A DNA stretch of 64,000 bases from Tubulanus polymorphus (GCF_964204645.1 NC_134029.1:6820001-6884000), one strand, 5' to 3'; shown: positions 10,933 through 24,107, counted from the first letter of the stretch. Notes: generated by a model not told the origin, from the sequence alone. Made by a program: numbers and translations.

Positions 10933-11151
10933 AGGGACCAGTTTTATAGCGTTTGTTAAAAACCATGTTTTGAAATGAAATCACAGAAACCTGTTGCATT
11001 TATTCAATTATTTTGTATTTCTCTATATTGGTTAATATTTGGCTACGGATTAGTTCATGGTTGGGATTGTTATTTCAGTTTAAGCGGGTTTACAGGTTTT
11101 CTAAGTTGTGATCAACTGAAATGTTATTTCTAATCAATATGAAACTGGTCC
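10933..11151. mobile_element. Harbinger-like MITE
   Basis: TIR GGGACCAGTTTTATA / TATGAAACTGGTCCC. Related ends occur at 22467-22575, 18509, 59660 and 60683. Confidence 0.65.
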
Positions 11152-11224
11152 CTGATGTCAATAATACAACTATTATCAATCATAATCCTTCGTGACAATC
11201 AGATGTACATCTTAAGGAGTTAAA

Positions 11225-11418
11225 ATTCCTGTAGATCAAACTGCCGTATGGATTTCATACTGATTGAATAGTTACAGATACATGTAACATTATGTACAGA
11301 TACAGAGTACAGATCAGTGCATTTAATTTCATCCTGTGATTGAGCAGTGATTTAATGTTCTCTCATCTTCACTAGATTCCCGTCCGTCTAACTAAACATC
11401 AGAACATTTCAACTCATC
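11225..11418. repeat. Inverted repeat, left arm (partner 15453-15646)
   Basis: Reverse complement aligns along ~190 bp with 15453-15646, e.g. TTACAGATACATGTAACATT vs AATGTTACATGTATCTGTAA. Confidence 0.9.
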
Positions 11419-11424
11419 TAACCG

Positions 11425-11680
11425 CGGGGTTCGGGGAGGGTGGGTAGGGTTGGGGGGAGGGATGGGGTAGAGGGTTGGGGGGAGGGATGGGGTCAGGGAG
11501 AGCGGGAGGGAAGGGTAGAGGGAGGGCGGGAGGGATGGGGTCAGGGAGGGTGGGAGGGATGGGTCCGGGAGGGTTGGTGGGTCGGCGTCAGGGAGTGAGG
11601 GTGGGATGTAGGGGTGGTGGTAGGACTTTGGAGGGAGGGGTATGGGGTGAGGGTGTAGGTAGGGGTGGTTTAGGGTCAGG
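11425..11680 (+). repeat. G-rich low-complexity tract (G-quadruplex potential)
   Basis: Dense GGG/GGGG runs separated by 1-5 nt. Confidence 0.85.
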
Positions 11681-12640
11681 TACAGGTTTAGTCGTAGTTA
11701 TTTTTAGTCTTGAAGTTCAGGATATATCAGAAAATGTTTCCCATCTTTTTATTTATTATAAGAAAGGATTCTTCATTATGAAACACGTCATGCAGCTACG
11801 GGCTGGAACATGTCAAGATACAGTTGTTATAGGCCTACAACAAGCTGTATATCCACTGGCCAATTGGACCATTTCTATTTTAACTGATTGTTATTTTTAT
11901 GCGAGTGCGCACGTAATTGCACGTCACTTCTCTCAATCGTCAAGAGACAATATTGCCCCCAGATTTTTAATTGCGTTGTTTCAATTTTTACGGCCAATAT
12001 TTGTTTTAAGGTGGTCACGAATGAGTGTTATTTTTTGAATGATCACAAACTGCTCCTTAGCTCCGATCAAAATACGGTTTAATGAACAATTCTATTAGGC
12101 CTACTGTTGATATCTGGCAGTTACTGCTTCTTTTTGAATACATGTCCAGCTGGAAGATGTATTTTATTTTCTTACTGTAAATACTGGCTCTAGTTAAAGA
12201 ACTGTAGCCTGACGACTTACAAAATTGTTGAAAATTGTCGAGAAGCAGTCACATTCATTGCTGCAACCTTTTCTACTGTAGATTCCTAGACAGAGAGGTA
12301 CTCTTCATTTTTTGAAGAAGAGTATATAGAACTCATTTAGAATTAGTGATATGTTTTGTAATCACTTCTATGGATTTTCAGACACACGTCATTTGCCTTC
12401 AGCAGTACTTGGCACAGTTTATCACTATTTATAGAGATAGATATCCTTTATAGTTAGTTATCCTTAATAATTAGTTATCCTCCTAGCATTTTCATAAAGA
12501 TGGGACACATTTTCTGAAATAAACTGTACAATTTATAGGTGGGTACAAAGATAGACACAGAGAGACTATTGTTCTATTATTATATTCATTTTGGAATAGG
12601 ATATTCTATCTATTGATGACAACCGGTATATTTCTACCTG

Positions 12641-12909
12641 CAGAGCCGTCGGAAGGAATTTTTCAGTGGCGAGGCTTATTTCTGAAGGGTGGTCTGGAGG
12701 CCGTCCCTTAGAAAAATTTTGAAAATTCAATCGCCGGAGATGCGTTTTGGGGCCATTTCACGGTCTCATTCACAGAAGCATGAGAAGTCGTGAGCCAACC
12801 ACCTAGTACAGAGAACGACGAGTTGCTACGCGGTGCAGCGTGATTTTGAAAAAATTTTGTTAAGCAAATTAGTGGGGCGGCTTTGGCCGCCCCTATTCCG
12901 ACGGCCCTG
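12641..12909. mobile_element. MITE with 5-bp TSD
   Basis: TIR CAGAGCCGTCGGAA / TTCCGACGGCCCTG; TSD ACCTG at 12636-12640 and 12910-12914. Confidence 0.85.
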
Positions 12910-13696
12910 ACCTGTGACTTAGAATTCTTTTCTAGACATAATTTAAGGGGCTGCGAACTGATTATACTTATATCGGAATATGTTTTAGTGAATTTAAAGT
13001 CGTAAAAAACTTTATAACAGATGATATTCAACCAGATGTAGTTTTCACAGTTGGGCTACCGCAACCTAAATGCATTGTAGTAGTTACAGATCTGAGATTA
13101 TTTAAAGTCAGTGTTTGAGGTTTTTGAGAAACCTTACCTGGTAAGCATTATTTAAAATCGATTTATAGTGATTCACTTGTAGGAAACGCGTTCGCTTAAT
13201 TTCATTAAAACCATTTTAACGTTGAATACAGATTATTCTCACAACACTGGGTGTATATCTCGACATGTATTTTGACATTTTTCACGATCATATCAGTCTG
13301 AAAGTTATTCCATCCTTCACGGTTTAATTATTTTAAATTTTACTAGTGCTTGATCAATTTGTCAGTTTATAGCTTTTAGACTTGCATCATTTGACATGTA
13401 GACTCAAATTATTGAATAATTTCTGACTTTCTGACTCAATTAGTACAAGATTTTGAGCCCATTCAGTGTGTACATAAAATTCATGACCTTATACAAGTGA
13501 TGGGTGATTAGTACAATATATTCCTCTATTCAACATATGCAACACTCAATTATTTTATGTACGTTTTCTTGTTCAGCAGTGACAATTTGATGGTTAAAAA
13601 CTGCTCCACGTATATGAAAATTGATCTCTAGCCTTTGTATATACATTCTAGTTACTATCAAACTTTGCTTAATCAAAACTGACTTGCCTTTAACGA

Positions 13697-13860
13697 GGGC
13701 CATGAGCCAAATTATCATGTTATCAAACCAGAGCCATGAGCTTTATTTACCCTCCATGGTCACCGAATCAGAACCATAGACCAAACTGTCTCTTTGGTCA
13801 CCAAACCAGGGCCATGAACCAAACTTTGACTCTAGGCACCAAACCAGGGCCATGAACGAA
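13697..13860. repeat. Degenerate ~35-bp tandem repeat
   Basis: Recurrent (C)ACCAAACCAGGGCCATGAACCAAA core, about 5 copies. Confidence 0.7.
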
Positions 13861-14171
13861 AAGTTGTACAAGTTATTTTTGTTGCCTTCGTTACTTATAT
13901 TTGAGAATGAAATGATTTATTTGGAACTAATGCAGAGTTAATTAAAGATTCAGCCGTATCATTGTTGCTGCTGCTGGTGCGGTTGCTGCTGCTGTTCTTG
14001 CTGCAACTAACACAAATTTTTGCCGCTGTCTCTAAAAGATTAAACTTGAACCCAGTCGGAACTGATGAGAGTTCTAGTGAGACAACAAGTAAGGAAAAGC
14101 CATATGAAAAGAAAAAATATAAAGCGAACGTGTGAGCTTCTAAACACAAAATAAAACAGCATGAAATGCTG

Positions 14172-14362
14172 ATATAAAGAGCGGGGTCTGAGAGCAATTC
14201 GAAGGTTTTTAGTGTCCTGCACGCTTAGAGGGCGGGCAGGGGTCTATACCTACCTCGACTCCAAAAAAGAAAAAATATAAAGAGTGGGGTCCGAGAGCAA
14301 TTCGAAGGTTTAGTGTCCTGCACGCTTAGAGGGCGGGCAGGGGTCTATTCCTACCTCGACTC
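14172..14362. repeat. Tandem duplication of ~90 bp (period ~103)
   Basis: ATATAAAGAG.GGGGTC.GAGAGCAATTCGAAGG...CCTACCTCGACTC occurs twice. Confidence 0.9.
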
Positions 14363-15224
14363 AAGCACTGAAAGTCAGAGAAGAGAGAGTAAAAATGAAA
14401 AATGGCTGGAGTGTGATTTGTTCCGCTGGGTTCAAGCGTAAATTTGTTAAGACAACGGATTATTTATGACGTATATATTTTGTAAACACCAGCACTTCGT
14501 AATCAATGATTGATAAATCTTATGAATAGGATTCGATAAAACAACTTGCTTAAAACCTTTACTAGAGAATATAAAAATAATCTAACAACCATCTAGTCCA
14601 CAATGGTTTCATTATAAGAGTGATCGCATGTTGAATTCGTGAAGCGACATGAAAAGCGTTAATTGTTTTGATCTCAGCCACATCATTCATGTCCTTGGTT
14701 TGTGTTTTCCCTTCTCACAACATTTTGTGAGTGCAGAGGTTTGGTTCGGGCTTATTTCCTTGGTTCGGGTGAACCCTCCATATACCACCCCTCCCTAACA
14801 ACAATATTAGTTAAGTTCCTAAGGTTTGGCATGATGTTTTGGAGATGTAACCTCACAACTCAAACTCACTGCAATTTGATAAAGATCTGTTGATAGACAA
14901 CTGTTGCAACTTGCCGTGAAAAGATTTATTGTGAGTACTCATTGTGGGGAGTCGAAATAATGGGAATGAATTCGATGAAATTGAAAAGAAATAATCTGTA
15001 AAATGAAGCCATATTATTTTCAAGACTGAACTAGGCATATGATCATTGGAGATCATCTGAATGCCTCCAAAATTGTTGAGAAAGTATCCGTGAGTCCCGT
15101 CAATGATGCAATTGATTAAGGGTTTCGATTTATATATGAAATTGATATGATCTTGAAAAATGGCAAATCGTTTTGTAGTTTTTGTACAGATGAGTGGTGT
15201 CAGAGGAGACAGGAGGCACGATTG

Positions 15225-15453
15225 GAAGGCATTGAGGGAGGCTAGGTGGGAGGGCATTGAGGGAGGCTAGGTGGGAGGGAGGCTAGGTGGGAGGGAGGCT
15301 AGGTGGGAGGGAGGCTAGGTGGGAGGGAGGGAGGGAGGCTAGGTGGGAGGGAGGTAGGGAGGCTAGGTGGGAGGGAGGGAGGGAGGCTAGGTGGGAGGGA
15401 GGGAGGGAGGGAGGGAGGGAGGGAGGGAGGGAGGGAGGGAGGGAGGGAGGGAG
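15225..15453 (+). repeat. (GGGA)n / GGGAGGCTAGGT purine-rich repeat
   Basis: GGGAGGCTAGGT units grading into pure GGGA repeats. Confidence 0.95.
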
Positions 15454-15646
15454 GTGAGTTGAAATCTTCTGATGTTTTAGTTAGACGGATGGGAATCTAG
15501 TGAAGATGAGACAACTTTAAATCACTGTTCAATAACAGGATGAAGTAAATGCAGTGATCTGTACTCTGTATCTGTACACAATGTTACATGTATCTGTAAC
15601 TGTTCAATCAGTATGAAATAAGTACAGCAGTTTAATCTACAGAAAA
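15453..15646. repeat. Inverted repeat, right arm (partner 11225-11418)
   Basis: See left arm. This arm starts with a donor-like GAG|GTGAGT. Confidence 0.9.
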
Positions 15647-15735
15647 TGCTGTACTGTTTCTAGTTGATGGGAGAATTTTGAGAGATGTTACATTCTGCTC
15701 CATTGTCATTGATTATTGTTTCTTTTTCTTTTCAG

Positions 15736-17500
15736 AATGAAATAAACGCAATAGAATTCACTATTTAAACGGGCTCATTTAAAAGTTAAGTACAAAATTA
15801 GTAATGAATTTCTCTACACAATTCTCCACAGTCTCTGTTAATATTTTGAATTACTTTTGAACTAATAAAGCTACTGTTTTACTCTCATTTACAGGATGAG
15901 ATAAACACAGCAGCCGCAGCTACTTAACTCACCAGCAGCACTACCATACGGTAGCAGCAGAAAACCTTGAAATTCATTATTCTTAGAGAACTATTCTATA
16001 TAGATTATTCTATCTGTTTATGTTTCCAGTATTCAATCACTCAAAGATCACTGCTTAGTTTGAAGTGAGTTTTCAATCGTTAAAACTCATTTATTTCCTG
16101 ATCAAAGTTAGAATTATCAAGGTCTTTATGTTTTGCATACATATTTTCAGTGAGCAGATCTATGGAGGTTTTGGCACCCAACAGTCAACCTCAAATACTG
16201 TTGGCTTAAAAACATTGACGAAAATGGTGAGTTTTTGATTTGGTTTGAAACTGCACTTATATCATAACAACTTGACTGACAATTTCTAACATTAATATAT
16301 TTCATTTTAGGAGCTGAAATAAGTGGAACCCATGAAAGAATCTGTGAACAGTTAACATTGGAAATTCACTTAACATTTGCAAATGATGGACATTGCTTTA
16401 TATCCTTAAAACAAGTACCGGTAAATATCTCTACAGATTCCAGTCTCTTAAGCAAATTTATAAAATTGGAAATTTTATTCTAGGCTCCAAAATGAAGCTG
16501 AACTTGCAGTAAACGTTGCGATCTAAAAGTCAAACACAAGTCAAAAGTGGTGAGTATTATATCGATTTATTGCAGTAATTTGTGGTGATCTTCAAATCAA
16601 GTCATGAAAATGATGTGATCAATCAACGTTGACAGGCATCAACGCTTTACTAGAGGACGCAGTCTAAAGCTACCGTCAGACACCTCAGAAATCTGTTTAC
16701 ACTCAACACATTGTGATAAACTGCTAAACAATCTGGTGGGTTTTCTGTCAATCAAAAACAAACAAGCTGCAGAACTCCTATTTGTATCATTAACTATAAT
16801 TGTCTGGCATAATTTTCTCTTTCAGAAACCGAGGTATTAAACACTCAATGGTGCTGGAGAAATTAAAAATATTCAACTTCAAAGAGTGAAGAAGCTCTAG
16901 TTATTGCTGAAGCTGTTTTTTTTTTTTTCCAAGACAAACTAAGTAATATAACTCTATACCATTTAACCTAGTTCTCGCTTGTTATACAACTGAATGGTTC
17001 AATTATTTGTAAATCTATTTTTTTTTTTTCAGGAAATCATCAGTTCTCTTGACTATATGAGTTTGGAAATGGTGGGTTTTGCTCTAATTCGATGTACTTT
17101 TTTAAATACGTTGCTGATTCTTTTCATAGTTTGATGTTTTTTTGGAGCATGAAATTTGTCCGATAGAACAGTTTGAAATTTGATCAAAGATTGAATAATG
17201 GACGTTGAATTATCTAGAACTACATGTATAAGGTAAATTATAAACTCTAGTTTTATTCATATGTTCAAATTTTTCATGAAAACAAAGCTGTTGATTCAAT
17301 CATATATTTTCAAAGTAATGTTTGCAGACGCAAGTTTTCTCTGTATTCTAGGACGAAGTGGGGACCAATTTGCCATTTAACAGGGACAGCAACCAGCCAT
17401 CTACCTGGAGATTGATACCACTTATTTCACAGAGCTACAATTTTTGAGTTTTAAAGCCAAATGAACAATCATTGTTATATTGTGCCAGCTAGCACGGGCA
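15736..17500 (+). ncRNA. Possible spliced non-coding transcript (multiple short exons)
   Basis: Run of polypyrimidine-AG acceptors (~15735, 15894, 16151, 16310, 16483, 16826, 17032, 17351) and GTRAG/GTAAA donors (~16227, 16421, 16550, 17233), with no continuous ORF found. Confidence 0.35.
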
Positions 17501-19494
17501 GGCTACTGTTGTTCTGTTTGTGATGGTTTAGACTGCTTAGCACATATCCTTGAAAACAATAGAGTCATCCCCTGATTCGCCTCACAAAGCTGTGGTGTCA
17601 TTTCTGCTAATAAATAGCCTGACGAATGGGCATAGAATATATGATTTTAATCCTGCAATATGCATGAGATAAGATGCGTAATTCATTTTATCAAGAATCA
17701 GAATCAAAATAATAAACGCAGATGAAGAAATAACTGGGACAACCTATGCACAAAATAACAAAACCTCTCAACCTAAGCACTTAACATCCTCTTGATTTAC
17801 TTTCTCGATTAACTCGTTTTCTTCTCAATATTCTTCCCTGTTTTAGTTATTTCTTCACACCTGACGATGTTCTCTAGAGAGACTCCAAAATGTTGTGTAT
17901 TCTTATCCTTTTAAATTTTTATATTAGTGGGTTTTAATTTTTACTAAGAATTGAAAGTAAATGAGATTGAATAAATTAAATTAATTTAATTAAGATAAGA
18001 TATAACAGCAAAGCAGGGTTTTCTGACTCACCAAGCTGTTGTCACAATTTAGGGTATAAGAGAAAACCCTAATGAGGTAATTAGAGAAAACCCTAATGAT
18101 GGGCTTTCTGTGATGGATCCAGGGAGTTTGATTGGTCATTCAAAAATGAAACAAAAGACCTGAATTTGTAAATGTTTAAACTTGTGACGTGATATTGTAA
18201 ATGTACATATTTTGACTTTTAACTCCCACAATCAATGAAACCAAAAAGTTGAAATATCGACTGGTTTTCTTTATTATGGGACCATAATATTTCGTGCGAA
18301 CTGCAGACGTTATTGTTTTATTTGAAATAAAGATGAATTTTCTGTGTTGTTCTAGTTGTGATTACAGACGCCAGTGGTTTCACACACTCAGCGCGTCACA
18401 CGTGAATCCCACGGTTTCAGTTTCTTTGAGATAATTTTCTCAAAAAATATTCATTTATTGAGGCGAAAACCCAAATTGAGTGACGTTTTTCTTAGAAACT
18501 GAGCTGAGGGTCCAGTTTCACAACCAATTGCATTCAAACACGTTTTATTTTGAAAAATGTCTGAAGCAACTGCAATATACTGGGCGAACTGGATTAAATA
18601 CCGTACTCGCTATTTAGTGTGCGAAACTGCAGCATCTAAAACTGATTGAAACCTTCGCATCATGAACCAAATCCTATGGGTACGGTTTCATGGTGGCTGA
18701 TTCGGCCATACTAGAAAAATTCTCTGTACGGCTAGAGCAAAAAAATGTTCGCATTGACCTGTTTTTGGTTTTTCTCGCGCGAGAATTCAAAAAGTTTGGT
18801 TTTCCCGCGCGAGAGAACAAAAATTGGGCCAATGTAAAAAAAAGTTTGTCTATCCAGCCTGCCAAGCTTAAAACGGGCCAATGTGAACATTTTTTATCAT
18901 TGCTCTAGCCGTACAGAAAATGAACAAAACTGAGTGAATGAAAAAATCACAGTTGTACAAACTGGTTTGATGGGAAACAGTTTTATCTGATAATACATGT
19001 ATTGTATAACATCTATTCACGCGGCGTGGGATTCATTTAGCACGGTAATTCTAATCCTGGTGTGCTAGGGTCAAATCATGGGGAGGACATGGGAAAGGTC
19101 ATTATAGTTTGCTAGTCACATGCGATCTAATGAAATGCTGACAAGAAAATACTGCCCAACTTTTTGAGATATTATTTCCTATGAATTAGTTTCGGTTCGT
19201 TTCTCTTTAAGTTTTGATCAATTATATCAGTTTTTCGAAAAAACATGTGTCCACCATCTTCAAATCGTATCAAATCACCTCTATTTGATTTGACCAATCG
19301 ATTTGAATTTGATAAGCTTACTGTGTTAAATTCAAAAGTTAGACCAAATCAATTTTGATAATCATATGATGATTTGACGTATTCGCCTCTTATCCCGTCC
19401 CTCGGTACGAATCCCGATCAAAAATGATTCGAACTTCAAGCACCTTTGCTTGACAGTGCTTGCTCACCTGTGTGTGTAGCGCTTACTTTGACTT

Positions 19495-20238
19495 CAGGGG
19501 CGGATCTAGGATTTTCCAAGGGGGGGGTGTCCAAAGAAAGGGCACCGCGTACTCCGGATAACAGATCCCCTAAAATGTTTTCACACGGGTCAAGAGGTGA
19601 ATGAGGATAACAAATTATTGAAATATTGGTAGTTTTAGAATGAACCAATCAATTTAAAAAAGGCTGCCGTACATTTACTCAATTGTTGACAAGTTTCTTT
19701 CACTCTCACAAGGCATTCGGTCATTTCGTGCGTTGAAAAATTTGTTATATAAGCCCAAAAATTTTGGGGTGACAAGATAAAATCCCACTTTTTAGGCTAA
19801 AAAAAATTGATACCTTGTTTCTCCGCTCTGCTGAGCTTAAATGTTGACCCGGCCGGCCGCCTATCTACCCTATACATTACTTTTTTTTAAAATCGTGATC
19901 AATTTAACCATAACAGACCCGGCCGCTATGGGAACTGTTTATAAATTTTATCATATTTCACAAAAATGACCCGGCCGCTGCGGAGAAACAAGGTATCATT
20001 TTTGTTTAGCCTTACCGATTAAAAGAATTTAAAAACAAGAATTTATTTATTCAATCAAAAATATATAAAAGACACGACGTTTCGATTTCACCCTAGAGAT
20101 CATCGTCAGGTGACGATTTTATTATCCGTTCACCACGTTTGATTGTGGTTATCGATCTATTTGGGGTGACATTTTTGGGGGCACTTCAAATTTGAGGGGG
20201 CGGTCCGAACACCCGACATCACCCTAGATCCGCCTCTG
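19495..20238. mobile_element. MITE (CAGGGGCGGATC-type TIR) containing nested insertions
   Basis: TIR CAGGGGCGGATCTAGG / CCTAGATCCGCCTCTG with flanks TGACTT / TGATTT. Contains the 19794-20012 element and a hammerhead-like motif. Confidence 0.8.
19794..20012. mobile_element. ~220-bp MITE, copy 1
   Basis: TIR AGGCTAAAAAAAATTGATACCTTGTTTCTCCGC / GCGGAGAAACAAGGTATCATTTTTGTTTAGCCT. A near-identical inverted copy lies at 61438-61658. Confidence 0.9.
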
Positions 20239-20400
20239 TGATTTCGTCTTCCGATGATGTTTTTTAACATATCGACACAAGAAAGTTTGAATTGCATGTA
20301 AATAAAACCCTGGCAAGTGAAGAATCGGCGAGCGTGGCAGCGGCCTTGGGATGATGTGGAGCTGGTGTTTTTTCATTTCCGGGTTTTCGAAAACAAGTTA

Positions 20401-21761
20401 ATGATGAATGTTTATCTGTTTTTCGCTTGCCTCGCGGGTTTATTTATCGAAACGTTTCAAAAAGATGATTTTTCCAAGGTTGCCGATGTAGAAAATTCAG
20501 CGACGATTATCGTCAAACCCGGTGGAGTGACGCACACCGAGCAGAAAGAAGTGGTGAGAATTTCTTTGGTACTATGTAACGAAGAAAACCGTCGAAATCA
20601 TAGCCGGCATCAATGATTCACCATATACCTCTCGATTATTGTTTGTTCTAAGTGTAGAAAGTCTTATATGTTTTATTATTTTTAAGTGTGAACGGTAGTA
20701 GTTTGGTAGTAGCTGTGTTCTAATATGTTCATGCTAAATACATCAGTAATTCTGATGTTTATTTTTTGTAGGAAGGAGTAAAATGTTTTTTCACCTATAC
20801 AGCCCAAGGAGGAACTGGAGAAGTAAGATTCTTTCTTATCCTTAACCTGTTAGATTCTTTCTTATCCTTAATCTGTGTTAAAGCTCCAGTAGATGTGACT
20901 AATCCAGATCATTTGGGATGGAGCCCTCAAATTGACAGTTTAAGAAAATCTGGTTTACAAATAATCCTCATGCATCTTAAGTGTGCTAGAAATATTAGAT
21001 ATATGTCCAGCATAGTTTAAAACCTAATTTGCAATTATAGAGTTTTACTTATGAATAGAACATTTATCTTGAAACCTTAATATTCATTCATTGAATGTCC
21101 ACTGATTTTGATATTGCAGGAATGGACAATGACAATGACTCACAGCAACGATAAGAAATACTTTTCATGTGCGGTAGAAAGGCCGACGAAAACGTCTTAT
21201 TTATTTTTCATGAATTTCAAGCTGTCGATGGAGGGTGCAAAACTAAAAAATGTTCAAGCATTCGTAAGTATGGACTTCAGTATTAATCTGTAAAATCCCT
21301 TTTCAGCATTATATTTGGCTACTTTCAATATGAAAGATTTTGCAAATTTTCCATGACCCTATCCTTGTGCGTGTGTGTATTTTAAGCATTTAGAAATTTC
21401 AAACCCTTCTTCAGGTGGCATAGATACATTTTTTCGTATACCTCATATTGCAGGGTAATTCGAATGCACCCTTACAACCAGGGGAATACAGTTTAGATAA
21501 AAAAGAAAATCATAGTAAGTAAGAGCCTATTGCAAACTAATAATACCAAAAATTAGTAAATGTTAGGTAGAATATCACATCATATTTCTAATCCACATTT
21601 TCTCATCCTAAACTGTGGTCATCTAAACAAACTTCAGAAAAGATGTGTGCTTTTGTATTTTAGTCATGAATGCCGATGAATTCAAATCACAATTAGCACA
21701 CATACGAGTGGAGGCTAAAAGGTCTAAGAAAGCAGCAGCGAAAACTAAAAAAGAGCTATAA
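20401..21761 (+). CDS. MYDGF: Myeloid-derived growth factor homolog (~168 aa)
   Basis: Exons 20401-20553, 20772-20822, 21120-21263, 21454-21514 and 21664-21761 in phase (507 nt). Hydrophobic signal-like N-terminus; VKPGGVTH, KCFFTYTAQGGTGEEW, FSCAVERPTKTSYLFF and FKSQL match MYDGF motifs (VRPGGVVH, TCMFTYASQGGTNEQW, FTCTIWRPQGKSYLYF). Ends in KKEL, an ER-retention-like signal. Confidence 0.93.
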
Positions 21762-22466
21762 AAATGGCCAATTTCACGTCTCCATCCATCCAGTGCAACA
21801 GTAAACTACGGATATATCATACCTGCAAGATAACTACTGATTAATAGATTCTAGATTATGTCTTGACTACTAAGCTTATTTCACACAGGCACGTCATACA
21901 TACTTATATAAGTATGTATGTAAGTGTAAATAAGTAAATTATCTCCTTCATTATTTGTGTACATGTACAATGTTTAAGAGATAACTGCAGAAGAAAAGAA
22001 GTTGAAAATATTTCGAGAATTTTGAAAAATTGATTGCCCCAGTGGTAAAGTAAAGCTGCGCATTTTTCTCAGGCAATAACAAATATCCGTAGTTTATTGC
22101 ATTTCTCACTTAAAACCTTTTTACAACGATGTTTATTTTCTATATTTCTTTCAACAAAAGGTGTTTATGTTCATGTTCTTTGTCATGTATCTCTTGCTTC
22201 TAAAGTCTCATATGGATGTGGAAATTATTTTCGATCAGAAAATTTTTTTACTTTTTACTATATATCTCAAAACCTGTAGATTCCAAAACTATACTGAAGT
22301 CATTTAAGATGAACTAATGCAACAGATAAGATTATGGTATTTTATTTTTTTTTTAATGGGTGCGAAAATTGTGGGATAATTGATTCTTAGTAAACTGTTT
22401 ATTAGCTTGCGTGATAAAATCATGATCGAACGGTCTTACCCTAAAGAACCAAGGTGTAATCATGTG

Positions 22467-22575
22467 GACCCAGTCCCACAGTTGTGAGTTAACTTTGAGT
22501 AAGTAGTGCAAAGTTCATTTTCAATGTCTTTACTCTTAAGTCAAATCTTAACACAAAACTGTGGAACTGGGTCCT
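22467..22575. mobile_element. Short Harbinger-like MITE
   Basis: TIR GGACCCAGTCCCACAGTT / AACTGTGGAACTGGGTCC. Confidence 0.75.
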
Positions 22576-23847
22576 GGAGTATTCTTATTTATGAAATACG
22601 CAATATGCTTGTAATATTTCAATCAGAATTGTATTCAATGGTATCGCAGTGTTATAGCCTCATTATTAAGATTAAACATACATATATAACTCTGAAAACG
22701 ATTTTTCCTCAAATCCGAAAATTTCGACGTACCAAATATTTTCACCTAAATTTTGGAAATTTGAACTATCGCTGGGTCAATGAACAGACCATATGTTAAT
22801 AGTTAACGATATTTGACTGTAAGACTTATGTTTGTTTTAATATTGTAAAATCGTGGATTCTTCAAAACGATGTTCTGAAGTTAAAAGTAACAACTGTAAT
22901 ATGCAAATTATATGTATTGATTGATACATATTATATAGATATTTATTCTATGATTTGTTTTTTGAGGTATTTCAATAACTTCAATATTTGCAAATAAAAT
23001 CTAATATCTCTTCCTAATAAAATGGATTTGTTGTCTTCTTTGAACGGAGCCTTTTGATAGACGGATTTAATAGGCTTCCCCATGGAACGAAATTCTCCCG
23101 AATTTCCGTGAAGTGAGAAATATACTGTGAAATATTAAATTTTCGATTTGAATTTGGACGGGACAAATTATTGTCCTTAACGCGGTCGGGTCTGAGGAAT
23201 ATAAGAATTCGGATCTAACCCGATGTAATTAAAACGTAATTAGTTCTCGGCCAGTTGTCATACACATTGCAAAGTTTAGTACACTTTCTGAAAAGACCAA
23301 ACGCGCGCAACACCGATCACTCGAATCACGTATTTAGATACATTTCATGTATGTTATTATTGGTTCTTTCTTTTCGCGCGCGGCTAAACTGTGCGCAAAT
23401 AGCCAGCGGACACGCAACTAAAAATATTTAGCATTTTGTAAAGAAAATGTTGACGCGGCCGAAGACAGGTTTTATTCTTAATCACTGGTACTTGGAGAAG
23501 GTTTAAGCGTTGAAAATCTGATCGCAAAAAATTCATACGGTAGGTTCTCCTTTGAAATATCTAATCCGTTTGTTTAACTAATAAATACCCAAATACGCCA
23601 TACTAACATCGTTTTGTTGGATAATCCGATTTGAAATAAACCGAACAACTCGAGGCAAAATAGTCGGAAACACGAAAATCAATAGTATATAGATGAGACT
23701 AGATTCAACTAGAAATGAACAATTTTTTTTTACTCGAGGCAAGATTTAATGTAATTTGTTTTATTTTTTTAAGTTAAGCAGTGCCTGGGGGCTTATACTA
23801 TCAGTATACATGAGTTGAGAAGATACACAATATCCATGTAAGATGAC

Positions 23848-24107
23848 TAACGAGAGAAATCCCGCGATAGATTCAGCCAAAAAATGAACAGTCATCATCA
23901 GGCGAACTGAGAACAGAATGAAATAACAGAATATTCAGAGAATCAGAAAAAAAGGATTAAAGATTCAAGGATTAAGATTAAAATAATTTAACAACAAAAA
24001 CATGATGATGGCTGATAACTAGCCGAAACGTTGCTCGAAATATAAATCATTTTACCATAGAACTTGACCTTTTTTGGCTGAATCTACTGTAAGATTTCTC
24101 TCGTTAC
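23848..24107. mobile_element. Penelope-like element remnant with inverted ends and hammerhead-like motifs
   Basis: Inverted arms AACGAGAGAAATC...TAGATTCAGCCAAAAAA / TTTTTTGGCTGAATCTA...GATTTCTCTCGTT. Internal ATGATGA-TGGC..GCC-GAAACGTTG at 24002-24033 and a minus-strand CTGATGA at ~23895-23901. Confidence 0.55.

Noticed and set aside
11475-12038. Gly-rich 187-aa ORF (and a Pro-rich frame on the opposite strand)
   Set aside because: Produced by the G-rich tract; non-ATG start, and the Pro-rich frame contains a stop.
15303-15500. GGRE-repeat ORF
   Set aside because: Translation of the (GGGA)n repeat.
16550-16826. Intronic C/D snoRNA in the putative lncRNA
   Set aside because: Only an imperfect C box and no D box (CTGA) at a suitable distance.
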